NCBI GenBank assembly: GCA_965248755.1
Contig: OZ252149.1
Coordinates: 640,001 to 704,000, forward strand
Direction: 5' to 3'
From: Candidatus Latescibacterota bacterium
GTDB taxonomy: Bacteria > Latescibacterota > CBDEFO01
Length of the DNA stretch: 64,000 bases
Shown: positions 19,537 through 29,167 of the stretch, piece by piece
Layout: each line of letters begins with the position of its first letter
How positions within the stretch are numbered: the stretch's first letter is position 1
Program-made: the position numbers and the translations under genes
Notes under the pieces: model-generated
Told to the model about the DNA's origin: nothing
Databases searched by the model: none
What the model saw: only the letters and a program-made list of their open reading frames with translations

Positions 19537-21783
19537 ATGGCCCAAGACTATTCCGTGCTTGGTAAGAGACTCTCAAGAGTGGATGCATTTGAGAAGGCGA
19601 CGGGGCGGGCGGTGTACGCGGCTGATATCTATCTTCCGGGGATGCTTTACGGAAAGTCTTTAAGGAGCCCTTACTCCCACGCAAAGATCGTGAATTTAGA
19701 TACCAGCAGAGCCCAGAAGCTTCCGGGAGTCAAAGCGGTACTGACATATAAGGACTTAGCATCTGGACAGGCGCTTGCCACGAACGACATGGCGCACGGA
19801 ATGAAGCTAGCACAGGAACTTTTTGCCTCAGAAAAGGTGCGCTATCAGGGTCAGAAGATAGCGGTGGTTGCGGCCACAGACCCCGACATTGCTGAGGATG
19901 CCCTCGACCTTATCCAGGTTGAATTCGAGGAGCTTAAGCCGGTCTTCGACCCGATGGAGGCCATAAGGCCGGACGCTCCCCTGGTACACGAGGAAGTGGA
20001 GCCGATAGAAGGACCAGACGGGGGGAAGCTTTACAATATAGCGGGGGATACCCACTACAGCGTCGGTGATGTCGACAAGGCATTTTCAAAGGCCGACTAT
20101 GTCTTCGAGGATACGTACACTATCCCTAGGGTTCACCACACTTATATAGAACCAAACGCTGTGGTGGCGGACATGGACCCTACGGGGAAGGTGAACATCT
20201 GGACGTGCACCCAGGGCATATTCTCCGTCAGGTCGAGCGTGGCAAGCTCCCTGAATATTCCCATATCTAAGATCAATGTGATAGGAACAACCATAGGCGG
20301 GGGGTTCGGAGCCAAGTTCGGAATGCTGGATCACCCTTATGCCGTCCTCCTATCTCAGGCGACGGGACATCCGGTCAAAATCGTGATGTCCAGATATGAA
20401 GAGTTCCTGGACGGAAGACCCGCTCCCGGATGCGTGATAACCCTAAAGACGGCTGTGAAGAAAGACGGGATGATAACAGCAAGGCAGGCGTCGGCTTACT
20501 GGGATACAGGCGTCGCTCCGGGCGCATCCATAGGACAGACCGGAAGGATCAAAGGCGTCTATAAGATCCTGAACATCAAATACGATGCCTATGCCGTATA
20601 TACGAACAAGCCCTCCCCGGCAGCTTACAGGGCACCTGGAGCCCCTCAGACGACTTTCGCTTCGGAGGCTCAACTGGACAGGATTGCCTGTGAACTGGAC
20701 ATAGACCCTGTGGATTTGAGATTGAAGAACATGTTAGTTGAGGGGGATAAGCTCCCTGAGGGTGGAACTGCGCCAGTAGTTGGGCTCAGGGAGACTCTTC
20801 AAGCTGTTGCGGCTAAAGTGGACTGGCCGAACAGAAAAAAGGGAGAGTACGAAGGATGGGGAGTCGCCGTTGGAGAGTGGACGAACGGAGCAGGAGGCAC
20901 CAGCGCCTGCATCTCACTGCATGAGGACGGAACCGTGAAGGTGCACCACGGGACGGTGGACATCTCAGGCACAGATACAGCTCTAGCCTGTATAGCCGCT
21001 GAGACACTGGGCGTTCCCTACGAAAGCGTTCTCATGAAAAGAGGCGATACCGACAGTGTACCCTTTGCCATCGGCAGCGGTGGAAGCGCCGTGACTTTCT
21101 CCCAAGGCAATGCTGTCAAACAGGCTGCAGAGAAAGTCAAAGCCAGGATACTTAAGATCGCCTCTGAGATCCTGGAAGCGTCTCCTGAGGATCTGGATAT
21201 AAAGGACGGGAAGGTCCTTGTCCTGGGATCTCCCGATGAGACGATAACGCTTCAGGAGGTGGCAACTGCGAGCCTCCACGCCCATGGAGGTCCCATAGTC
21301 GAAAGCGGTGTATTTTCACCCCAACCGAGCGCACCTGTAATTTCGGCGCAGATAGCCAGGATAAAGGTCGATCCTGAAACAGGTAGGATCAAGGTCTTGA
21401 GGTTTGCAGGCTCTCTGGACGTGGGCACAGCGCTTAATCCTCCAGCAATAGAGGGTCAGATGGAGGGTGGAGCTATACAGGGCCTCTCCTGGGGGATTAT
21501 GGAGGAGATGAAGTACGAAGGTCAGACGAACAGCAATCCCAACCTTCTGGACTATCAGATCCCCACAGCCCTGGATCTGCCCATGCTGGAGTCGGTAATA
21601 GTCGAGGTCCCCATAGAAAACGGGCCTTACGGTGCAAAGGGAGTAGGTGAGCCTCCTATAGCTCCGACGTTAGCTACCATGGCAAACGCAGTCTATGACG
21701 CTATAGGAATCAGGATCAACGATATCCCCGTAAACCCCGAGAGGATAGTAACAGCTGTCAAGAACAACAGGGAGAATCACTAG
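19537..21783 (+). CDS. Xanthine dehydrogenase family molybdopterin-binding subunit
   Basis: KATGRAVYAAD, GGGFGAK, AYRAPG, GQMEGG, GAKGVGE. Confidence 0.93.
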   Translation: MAQDYSVLGKRLSRVDAFEKATGRAVYAADIYLPGMLYGKSLRSPYSHAKIVNLDTSRAQKLPGVKAVLTYKDLASGQALATNDMAHGMKLAQELFASEKVRYQGQKIAVVAATDPDIAEDALDLIQVEFEELKPVFDPMEAIRPDAPLVHEEVEPIEGPDGGKLYNIAGDTHYSVGDVDKAFSKADYVFEDTYTIPRVHHTYIEPNAVVADMDPTGKVNIWTCTQGIFSVRSSVASSLNIPISKINVIGTTIGGGFGAKFGMLDHPYAVLLSQATGHPVKIVMSRYEEFLDGRPAPGCVITLKTAVKKDGMITARQASAYWDTGVAPGASIGQTGRIKGVYKILNIKYDAYAVYTNKPSPAAYRAPGAPQTTFASEAQLDRIACELDIDPVDLRLKNMLVEGDKLPEGGTAPVVGLRETLQAVAAKVDWPNRKKGEYEGWGVAVGEWTNGAGGTSACISLHEDGTVKVHHGTVDISGTDTALACIAAETLGVPYESVLMKRGDTDSVPFAIGSGGSAVTFSQGNAVKQAAEKVKARILKIASEILEASPEDLDIKDGKVLVLGSPDETITLQEVATASLHAHGGPIVESGVFSPQPSAPVISAQIARIKVDPETGRIKVLRFAGSLDVGTALNPPAIEGQMEGGAIQGLSWGIMEEMKYEGQTNSNPNLLDYQIPTALDLPMLESVIVEVPIENGPYGAKGVGEPPIAPTLATMANAVYDAIGIRINDIPVNPERIVTAVKNNRENH

Positions 21784-21829
21784 GCTGCATATAGAGGAAG
21801 TCTAAGTAAGATTGCTTGTGCTTAAACTC

Positions 21830-21910
21830 GGTGGGTCAGACATTCCTGTCTGACGAAGCAATCTTATCTGTCTACTGAACAGAGGTGAATGTCTGTTCTA
21901 CTGTCTACTT
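21830..21910. repeat. REP-like hairpins plus CTGTCTA heptamers
   Basis: ggtgggtcagacattcctgtctgacgaagcaatct, inverted relative to 3349-3384. Confidence 0.75.
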
Positions 21911-21930
21911 GAGAAAGGAGGGGCAAGTAT

Positions 21931-22416
21931 ATGAAAACGCTTAACATCATCCCCGAAAGATGCACCGGGTGCATGCAGTGTGAGCTGGCATGTTCTTGGG
22001 TACAGACCGGCACGTTTCAACCTTCAAGATCGCTCATACGAGTGAACATCTTCGATGAGCAGGCCACCTTTTCACCCTACACCTGCTTTCAGTGCGATGA
22101 GGCGTGGTGTATGACAGCCTGTCCTGTCAACGCTATCGGCATAGATGCAGATACAGGAGCAAAGGTCGTTGCGGAGGACACATGCGTCGGATGCGCTCTA
22201 TGTATGATAGCGTGTCCCTTTGGGACCGTATTTTTCAACCCCGATACAAATAAGGCCTTCAAGTGCGATCTTTGCAGCGGTGACCCCGCCTGCGCCAGAT
22301 CCTGCCCGACCTCAGCAATAGAGTACGTAGAAGTGGAAGACCCCGATTGGATAGGCCCATGGTCGGATAGGGTGAACACAGTCTACGCTGAGACGATGAG
22401 AGGAGGTGTAGCATAA
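21931..22416 (+). CDS. aorA: Multi-[4Fe-4S] subunit (AorA-like)
   Basis: Four Cys clusters (CTGCMQC, CFQC..WC, CVGCALC, KCDLC..PAC); stop overlaps the next start. Confidence 0.88.
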   Translation: MKTLNIIPERCTGCMQCELACSWVQTGTFQPSRSLIRVNIFDEQATFSPYTCFQCDEAWCMTACPVNAIGIDADTGAKVVAEDTCVGCALCMIACPFGTVFFNPDTNKAFKCDLCSGDPACARSCPTSAIEYVEVEDPDWIGPWSDRVNTVYAETMRGGVA

Positions 22417-24260
22417 TGTACGGATGGACGGGAAAAGTACTTCGCGTAAACCTCACAAAGGGTACATCCGAGGTGGAAGGCCTGAACGCTCAATGGGCCA
22501 GAGATTTCATAGGAGGAAGGGGTGTCGGTGCAAGGTATCTGTACGAGGAGATGGACCCGAAGACAGATCCGCTAAGTCCTGAGAACAAGCTTATCTTTGC
22601 CACAGGCCCGCTGACGGGGACTAACGCATCGTGTGGGGCGCGTTACATGGTTATAACAAAGGGCCCTTTGACAAATACTATTACCACTTCTAACTCCGGA
22701 GGTCACTGGGGACCGGAGTTTAAGTTTGCGGGATACGACCTTCTGATCATAGAGGGCAAAGCTGACAAACCATCGTACATCTGGATATACGACGATCAGG
22801 TTGAGATACGCTCTGCGGAGAGTCTGTGGGGCAAGACTGTCTGGGAGACCGAAGACGATCTACGGAGTGAGGTCGGAGTCCCGGACGCTGTAGTTGCAAA
22901 TATCGGTCCTGCGGGAGAGAATCTTGTCAAGTTCGCCGCAATTATGAACGACAGACACAGAGCTGCGGGTCGTTCGGGCGTAGGAGCCGTTATGGGGTCC
23001 AAAAACCTCAAGGCCATCGCCGTTCGGGGGACAGGGCAAGTTTCATTGGCCGACCCAGAGGGCTTTATGAACGCTATGTGGGCCCTCAAGGCGAAGGTTA
23101 GTGAGCACCCCGTGACGGGCGAAGGTCTGCCGACATACGGGACGCTTGTGCTGATGAACGTGATAAACGAACACGGGTCACTCCCCACGAACAACTTCCA
23201 AAAAGCCCAGTTTGGGGGAGCGGAGAACATAAGCGGTGAGACACTAACTGAGACACGCTTGCAAGCTAACAAGGCCTGCTTTGCATGCACGATAGCCTGC
23301 GGACGTGTGACCAGACTCCCGGAGGAAGCGGCTAGCAAATTCATGGTGACAACGCATCCGAGAAACTGGAAGATAGCGACCGAAGGACCGGAGTTCGAAC
23401 CTGCATGGGCGATGGGAGCCGACTGCGGCGTGGACGATATGGACGCCCTGATCAAAGCGAACTATCTTTGTAACGAGCTAGGTCTCGATCCGATCTCAAT
23501 GGGAGCCACCCTGGCAGCCGCGATGGAGCTCTATGAGAAGGGGCACATATCCGACGACCTGACAGGGATTCCGCTTAATTTCGGAAGCGCAGAAGCTCTG
23601 GTGGCTATGGTGGAAAAGACGGCATATCGAGAGGGATTCGGAGACGATTTGGCCGAAGGTGCCAAGCGCCTGACGGAGAAATACGGGAATCCTGATCTCT
23701 TCATGGGTGTCAAGGGATCAGAGTTTCCGGCGTACGATCCGAGGAGCGTGCAGGGTATGGGATTGAGCTACGCCACTTCCAACAGAGGAGCATGCCATCT
23801 CAAGGCCTACACCGTATCGCCTGAGATATTGGGCATCCCTCAGAAGATGGATCCATCCGTAACTGAAGGCAAGGCGGAGATAACCAAAATATTTCAGGAC
23901 GCTACATCTGTGGTGGATGCTACGGGACTGTGTCTCTTTTTGACATTCGCCATCGGACTGGAGGACGTACTGCCTGAACTTACTGCGGCAACCGGAATAG
24001 ACTACGATATGGAGGGACTTATGCAGGCCGGCGAGAGGATATGGAACCTCGAGCGGCTGTGGAACCAAGGGGCGGGCTTTACGGGTAAGGACGATACCCT
24101 GCCCAAGCGCATCCTCCAGGAGGCGGTTCCAGAAGGTCCTACAAAGGGTCAGGTGAACAAATTAGGCGAAATGCTGCCTGAATATTACGAACTTAGAGGC
24201 TGGACATCCGACGGCAAACCGACGCCCGAAAAACTTGCCGAGCTTGGACTTTCAGCCTAA
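22416..24260 (+). CDS. aorB: Tungsten aldehyde oxidoreductase catalytic subunit
   Basis: MYGWTGKVLRVNL, AAGRSGVGAVMGSKNLKA, CFACTIAC, DPISMG, RGACH. Confidence 0.93.
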   Translation: MYGWTGKVLRVNLTKGTSEVEGLNAQWARDFIGGRGVGARYLYEEMDPKTDPLSPENKLIFATGPLTGTNASCGARYMVITKGPLTNTITTSNSGGHWGPEFKFAGYDLLIIEGKADKPSYIWIYDDQVEIRSAESLWGKTVWETEDDLRSEVGVPDAVVANIGPAGENLVKFAAIMNDRHRAAGRSGVGAVMGSKNLKAIAVRGTGQVSLADPEGFMNAMWALKAKVSEHPVTGEGLPTYGTLVLMNVINEHGSLPTNNFQKAQFGGAENISGETLTETRLQANKACFACTIACGRVTRLPEEAASKFMVTTHPRNWKIATEGPEFEPAWAMGADCGVDDMDALIKANYLCNELGLDPISMGATLAAAMELYEKGHISDDLTGIPLNFGSAEALVAMVEKTAYREGFGDDLAEGAKRLTEKYGNPDLFMGVKGSEFPAYDPRSVQGMGLSYATSNRGACHLKAYTVSPEILGIPQKMDPSVTEGKAEITKIFQDATSVVDATGLCLFLTFAIGLEDVLPELTAATGIDYDMEGLMQAGERIWNLERLWNQGAGFTGKDDTLPKRILQEAVPEGPTKGQVNKLGEMLPEYYELRGWTSDGKPTPEKLAELGLSA

Positions 24261-24288
24261 TAGCGAGAATCGTTTCAACGACAGAATT

Positions 24289-24393
24289 GAGATTGCTTCC
24301 CCCCGATGATTCAGTCGGGGGCGATCGCAATGACGGTTTAATCGCTGCTGATATCTTCTGTCATTGCGAGGGGTGAAACCCCAAACCAATCTC
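24289..24393. repeat. Composite GAGATTGC...GCAATGAC repeat with CCCCGAT hairpin
   Basis: Near reverse complement of 3448-3495, followed by an inverted GTCATTGCGAG...CAATCTC unit. Confidence 0.8.
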
Positions 24394-24450
24394 AAGGGAG
24401 CCGAAGAGGTGCCCTGACTTCTGTCTACTTGTTTTGCGGAGGGAATAGAT

Positions 24451-25824
24451 ATGGCAAATAAGAACGTGATAGTAGGAGGCGGCCCTGCAGGGATCAACGC
24501 CATAGAGACGATAAGACAGATAGACGGCAAAGGCTCGTCCATCACCTTGATCTCAGATGAACCCGCATACTCAAGGATGGTCCTGCCGTACTTCATCGCA
24601 GGAGAGATAAACGAAAAACACGTCTATACTGGAGGAGATGAGTACTTCGACAAATTAGGCGTGGAGACTATGTTCGGCAAGAGGGTTTCGTCTATAGATT
24701 CAAAGTCGAATCAGGTGTCCCTGGATGACGGGGCATCGGTTGAGTACGACAATCTCTTAATCGCCACAGGATCTTCGGCTCAGATGCCGGATATTCCGGG
24801 CGCAGACGGTGATGGGGTCTATAACCTCTGGACACTCAACGATGCCAGGAAAGCTCTATCTGCGGGTGGAGAGGTAGCGGACGTGGTGATGATCGGGGCC
24901 GGCTTTATAGGCTTTATCGTCCTGAACGCTATGGGCAAGCTCAACTGGAACTTGAGCGTGGTGGAGCTCGAAGATCAGGTCCTCCCCCGGATGCTGGATA
25001 ATAATAGCGCCCAGATGGTGCAAAAGTGGCTGGAGAAAAAGGGCGTTAAGGTCTTTACCGGGACGAGTGTCACAAATATAGACACAACTTCAAGTGGAAA
25101 GAAGAACGTCAAGCTGGCCAGCGGGCAGGAATTGACTGCTGATCTGGTGATCATGGCCACAGGTATAACCGCAAATATAGACCTGGTAAAAGGCTCAGGC
25201 ATAGAGACCAACCAGGGCATCCTTCTGAACCAGAAGATGCAGACCAATATCCCTAATATCTACGCTGCCGGGGATATGGCTGAGGGTCCCGACCTTTCGA
25301 CAGGCAAACAAGCCGTCCACGCCATTCAACCCACAGCAATAGACCACGGCCGCGTGGCAGGCGCAAATATGGCCGGACAGGAAACAGAGTACGCCGGAAG
25401 TCTGCTTATGAACGTGCTCAACGTGCTCGGGCTCCACTGTGCAAGCTTCGGCATATGGCAGGGGAAGGACCATGATGTGACAGAAATTGCGAACCCCTCA
25501 AGGCCTATACTCCGAAAGTTGGTATGGGACGACGATAGGATAGTGGGCTCCATCTTCATAGGTCCGGCGGACGATGTGGGCATGCTCAACGACGTCGGCA
25601 TGGTCAAAGGAATGATCCAGACGAAAGCTAATCTCGGCGACTGGAAGGCTTATATAGAGAAGAATCCGTTTGACATAAGGAAACCCTACGTAGCCACCAA
25701 GACGGCATCTAAGGTCCTGGGAAGTACGATCTTAGGGAAACCATCGGCTCAAAGGGCATATCGTTATTCTGATGCCAAGCCGGGCGCTGCTCACGCCGTC
25801 CTCACCCGAACGCGTCCCTCGTGA
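24451..25824 (+). CDS. aorC: FAD/NAD-dependent oxidoreductase (AorC-like)
   Basis: GGGPAG, ATGS, GAGFIG, YAAGD; directly follows aorAB. Confidence 0.82.
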   Translation: MANKNVIVGGGPAGINAIETIRQIDGKGSSITLISDEPAYSRMVLPYFIAGEINEKHVYTGGDEYFDKLGVETMFGKRVSSIDSKSNQVSLDDGASVEYDNLLIATGSSAQMPDIPGADGDGVYNLWTLNDARKALSAGGEVADVVMIGAGFIGFIVLNAMGKLNWNLSVVELEDQVLPRMLDNNSAQMVQKWLEKKGVKVFTGTSVTNIDTTSSGKKNVKLASGQELTADLVIMATGITANIDLVKGSGIETNQGILLNQKMQTNIPNIYAAGDMAEGPDLSTGKQAVHAIQPTAIDHGRVAGANMAGQETEYAGSLLMNVLNVLGLHCASFGIWQGKDHDVTEIANPSRPILRKLVWDDDRIVGSIFIGPADDVGMLNDVGMVKGMIQTKANLGDWKAYIEKNPFDIRKPYVATKTASKVLGSTILGKPSAQRAYRYSDAKPGAAHAVLTRTRPS

Positions 25825-27064
25825 TAGAGTAAGATTAGAGACCGTATTTTAGTGTACGATCAAGGCGTAGAGACATCTGTACAATACAGGAGTCGGTGTA
25901 CAGCATGCAGGGGGAAAGGGGGCTACTGTCTACTTGATTTGTCCCTGAGCCTTTATCGCAATTGAGGTGGTACTTACTGCTTGCTTATCGCAAAAATGAG
26001 GGTAAATTTCCGCTGTCCGTCCTGCACATCTTCGAGCAAGGTGGTGCGCCCACTCCGTCTCGAGATTTTAGAGGAGAATAGGATAAGCTGTCCTGTCTGT
26101 TCCAGTAACTTCGATGTATCAGAGTCCATCCGAAAATCGAAAGTAGTGGATAAATGCTGCGTATGCGGCTTTGAGAAGTTTTACGTCCAGAAGGATTTCA
26201 ACAAGTTCCTGGGCTTGGGCATAGTGGGGATCAGCATCCTTTTTAGCTATCACACCTATCTTATGAGTCTCTTTGCCGGGGCTCTTTTGGACTGGATACT
26301 GTACCGCACGCGTCCGGAAGTGACGATCTGCTATAAGTGCAAGGCAAAATACGGGGACTTTGTGAAGAACCCCGATCATGGACCTTTCGACCTGTATACG
26401 GCTGATAAACCGGAACGCGTCCTTCGTGATACAGTAAGATTAGAGCCCGTATTTTACTGTACGATCAAGGCGTAGAGATATCTGTACATTACAGGAGTCG
26501 GTGGACAGCATGCAGGGGGGAAGGGGTGCCCTGTCTACAGTCTACCCCCGCTCCCCGATTGAGTCTATCGGGGAGCGGGGGCTACTATCTACTTGATTTG
26601 CCCTGAGCCTTTATCATAATTGAGGTAGTTCTACTCTTGCTTATCGAAAAATGAGGCTAAGTTTCCACTGTCCGTCCTGCACATCTTCGAACAGGGTGGT
26701 GCGACCACTCCGTGTCGAGATTTTAGAGGAGAATAGGATAAGCTGTCCTGTCTGTTGCAGTAACTTCGATGTATCAGAGTCCATCCGAAAATCGAAAGTT
26801 GTCGATAAGTGTTGCGTGTGCGGTTTTGAGAAGTTTTACGTCCAGAAGGATTTCAACAAGTTCCTGGGCTTGGGCATAGTGGGGATCAGCATCCTTTTTA
26901 GCTATCACACCTATCTTATGAGTCTCTTTGCCGGGGCTCTTTTGGACTGGATACTGTACCGCACGCGTCCGGAAGTGACGATCTGCTATAAGTGCAAGGC
27001 AAAATACGGGGACTTTGTGAAGAACCCCGATCATGGACCTTTCGACCTGTATACGGCTGATAAA
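25808..27064 (+). repeat. Tandem duplication (copy 1 25808-26409, copy 2 26413-27064)
   Basis: Aligned by eye: 5' parts diverged, last 240 bp appear identical, 50-bp indel. Confidence 0.95.
25996..26475 (+). CDS. Cys-rich Zn-ribbon membrane protein, copy 1 (altered C-terminus)
   Basis: Four CxxC pairs, FYVQKDFN, two TM segments; tail reads into the duplication junction. Confidence 0.75.
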   Translation: MRVNFRCPSCTSSSKVVRPLRLEILEENRISCPVCSSNFDVSESIRKSKVVDKCCVCGFEKFYVQKDFNKFLGLGIVGISILFSYHTYLMSLFAGALLDWILYRTRPEVTICYKCKAKYGDFVKNPDHGPFDLYTADKPERVLRDTVRLEPVFYCTIKA

Positions 27065-27082
27065 GCTGAGGGGCGATATTAA
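26651..27082 (+). CDS. Cys-rich Zn-ribbon membrane protein, copy 2
   Basis: Same motifs as copy 1; ends DKAEGRY. Confidence 0.8.
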   Translation: MRLSFHCPSCTSSNRVVRPLRVEILEENRISCPVCCSNFDVSESIRKSKVVDKCCVCGFEKFYVQKDFNKFLGLGIVGISILFSYHTYLMSLFAGALLDWILYRTRPEVTICYKCKAKYGDFVKNPDHGPFDLYTADKAEGRY

Positions 27083-27244
27083 TTTAGCAGACAGGGTGCC
27101 AGGAAGGGGGCAGTCTAACAGAGATTGATTAGCTCTAGCTTTCTGTCATTGCAGAAGGTAAAAGACATACCTCGTTGGAGGTGCCAAGCATGCCGATAAC
27201 AAGGGATAGGTAGTGGGGGTCTTTCTACAGACTAAAGTAGAGCC

Positions 27245-29089
27245 ATGCATCTTTTACAAATGCTCCAAGAAAAAGTAGTAATCTGCGATGGGGCTATGGG
27301 GACGCTTCTTTATGAAAGGGGCATAGCCTTCGATCATCCGTTCGAGATGGTCAACCTGACGCGTCCGGAACTTGTAGAAGATGTGCATAAGGAGTACATT
27401 CAAGCGGGTGCGCAAATAGTCGAGACCAATAGTTATGGGGCAAACAGCTTCAAGCTTAAAGAGTTCGGAGTTGAGGACAGAGCTGACGAAATTAATGCAG
27501 CTGCTGTGAAAATTGCGAAAAAGGCATCCGAGGGAAAGGCTCTGGTGGCAGGGGCGGTCGGCCCTGTGGGGAAACCAATTAAGCCGATAGGTAGAATAGG
27601 TCCGGTGGAGGCACATGAATCCTTTAAAAGTCAGATGGGAATCCTCCTTGAGGAGGGCGTGGACCTACTTATCCTTGAGACGTTTTCCGATATAGAGGAA
27701 CTCAGAATAGCCCTTGAAGCCGCAAGGGAACTTACAGATATTCCTATCGTGGCCCAAAAGGCTTTTATAGAGGACGGCGGGACTCTGGCCAAGGGTCTTC
27801 CTGGGAAGGTGCGGGACAGACTCTTAGATTGGGGAGCAGACATTGTGGGCGCCAACTGTATTGTGGGTCCTCAAAGGATGCTCTCTATAGTCAAAGACAT
27901 AGCTTCCAAGGAGGACATAAAAGTCTCCGCTCAGCCTACCGCAGGTCTCCCTCAGTTCGTAAGAGGAAAGATCACGTACAATGCCTCTCCAGATTACTTT
28001 GCAGAGTACGCCCGAACCTTTGCAGAGTCCGGAGCAGGCTTAATCGGCGGCTGCTGCGGAACCACGCCGCGGCATATAAAAGCCCTTGCGGAGGCTATAA
28101 AGGATGTCACTTTAGGATCTAAAAGGGGCCTGCAAGACGGAGTGGGCGTCCCATCCCTGGAGGTGGAGCCGCTGGATGAGGAGGTGGAGGTATCCGGGGT
28201 CGGACCGCGCGAAAGGTCTTTATTCTCCCAGAAGATAGGGACAAAATATCTCATTACTGTGGAGATTGATCTGCCGAGAGGGGTGGATATATCAAAGGTG
28301 GTGGAAGGCGCAGGAATTTTGAAAGATAACGGCGTGGACGCCTTGAACATCTCCGACGGAGCAAGGGCAAGGCTCAGGATGAACCCGATGATTGTGGCAC
28401 ATCTGCTGCAAGAGAGAATTGGGATAGAGGTCATAATGCACTTTACGTGCCGCGATAGAAATATCCTGGGGATTCAATCGGAACTCTTGGGTGCCCACGT
28501 TTTAGGCGTCAAGAACATACTTGCGATCACAGGAGACCCTGCTCAGATAGGCGACTATCCAGAGGCCACGTCTGTGTTTGACATAGACTCCATCGGACTG
28601 GTCAGAATTATCAACTCTTTCAACCGTGGTCAGGACCTGGCGGGAAATACGATAGCCCAACCGACATCGTTTACCATATCTGTAGCCTTCGATCCCCTGG
28701 CCAACGATTTAGACGCTGAGATTGAGAGGCTGGAAAAAAAGAACGAGGAGGGGGCTCAGGTAATATTCACACAGCCGATTTACGATATAGAATCTCTTGA
28801 GATTGCAACCAAGAGGATAGAACACCTGAACATGCCCCTTTTGGTAGGCATTCTCCCCTTAAGGAGCTCTCGCCATGCGGAATTCTTGCATAACGAGGTG
28901 CCAGGTATGGTGGTCCCCCAGGATATAAGGGAAAAGATGGCCAGTGCTTCTAAGGAGGAAGCACCAAGGGTCGGCGTAAGAATAGCGCAGGATTTTATTA
29001 AATTAGCCGCAAATATGACCGACGGCGCATATCTTATGCCTCCATTTGCTAAATATGACATGGCTTTGGAGGTCATAAGCGCCTTATGA
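27245..29089 (+). CDS. yitJ: Bifunctional homocysteine S-methyltransferase / methylene-THF reductase
   Basis: DGAMGT, GANC, GGCCGTTP; then MTHFR domain HFTCRDRN, ITGDP, FTQP. Confidence 0.92.
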   Translation: MHLLQMLQEKVVICDGAMGTLLYERGIAFDHPFEMVNLTRPELVEDVHKEYIQAGAQIVETNSYGANSFKLKEFGVEDRADEINAAAVKIAKKASEGKALVAGAVGPVGKPIKPIGRIGPVEAHESFKSQMGILLEEGVDLLILETFSDIEELRIALEAARELTDIPIVAQKAFIEDGGTLAKGLPGKVRDRLLDWGADIVGANCIVGPQRMLSIVKDIASKEDIKVSAQPTAGLPQFVRGKITYNASPDYFAEYARTFAESGAGLIGGCCGTTPRHIKALAEAIKDVTLGSKRGLQDGVGVPSLEVEPLDEEVEVSGVGPRERSLFSQKIGTKYLITVEIDLPRGVDISKVVEGAGILKDNGVDALNISDGARARLRMNPMIVAHLLQERIGIEVIMHFTCRDRNILGIQSELLGAHVLGVKNILAITGDPAQIGDYPEATSVFDIDSIGLVRIINSFNRGQDLAGNTIAQPTSFTISVAFDPLANDLDAEIERLEKKNEEGAQVIFTQPIYDIESLEIATKRIEHLNMPLLVGILPLRSSRHAEFLHNEVPGMVVPQDIREKMASASKEEAPRVGVRIAQDFIKLAANMTDGAYLMPPFAKYDMALEVISAL

Positions 29090-29167
29090 GAGACTAAAAG
29101 AAAGACAAAATTCTTATTTGAGGGCTGGACAGAAAGCGACTAACCATAGCGCATTTCAGAGAAGATT

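Noticed and set aside
9841..25824. Selenocysteine read-through in redox genes
   Set aside because: ORFs are full length; I saw no in-frame TGA at a catalytic Cys position
25808..27064. Diversity-generating retroelement TR/VR pair
   Set aside because: Mismatches are not adenine-specific (G/C, C/A, C/T and others) and no reverse transcriptase is present
27083..27244. SAM riboswitch upstream of the methionine genes
   Set aside because: SAM-I core elements not recognisable by eye; needs an Infernal scan to exclude fully
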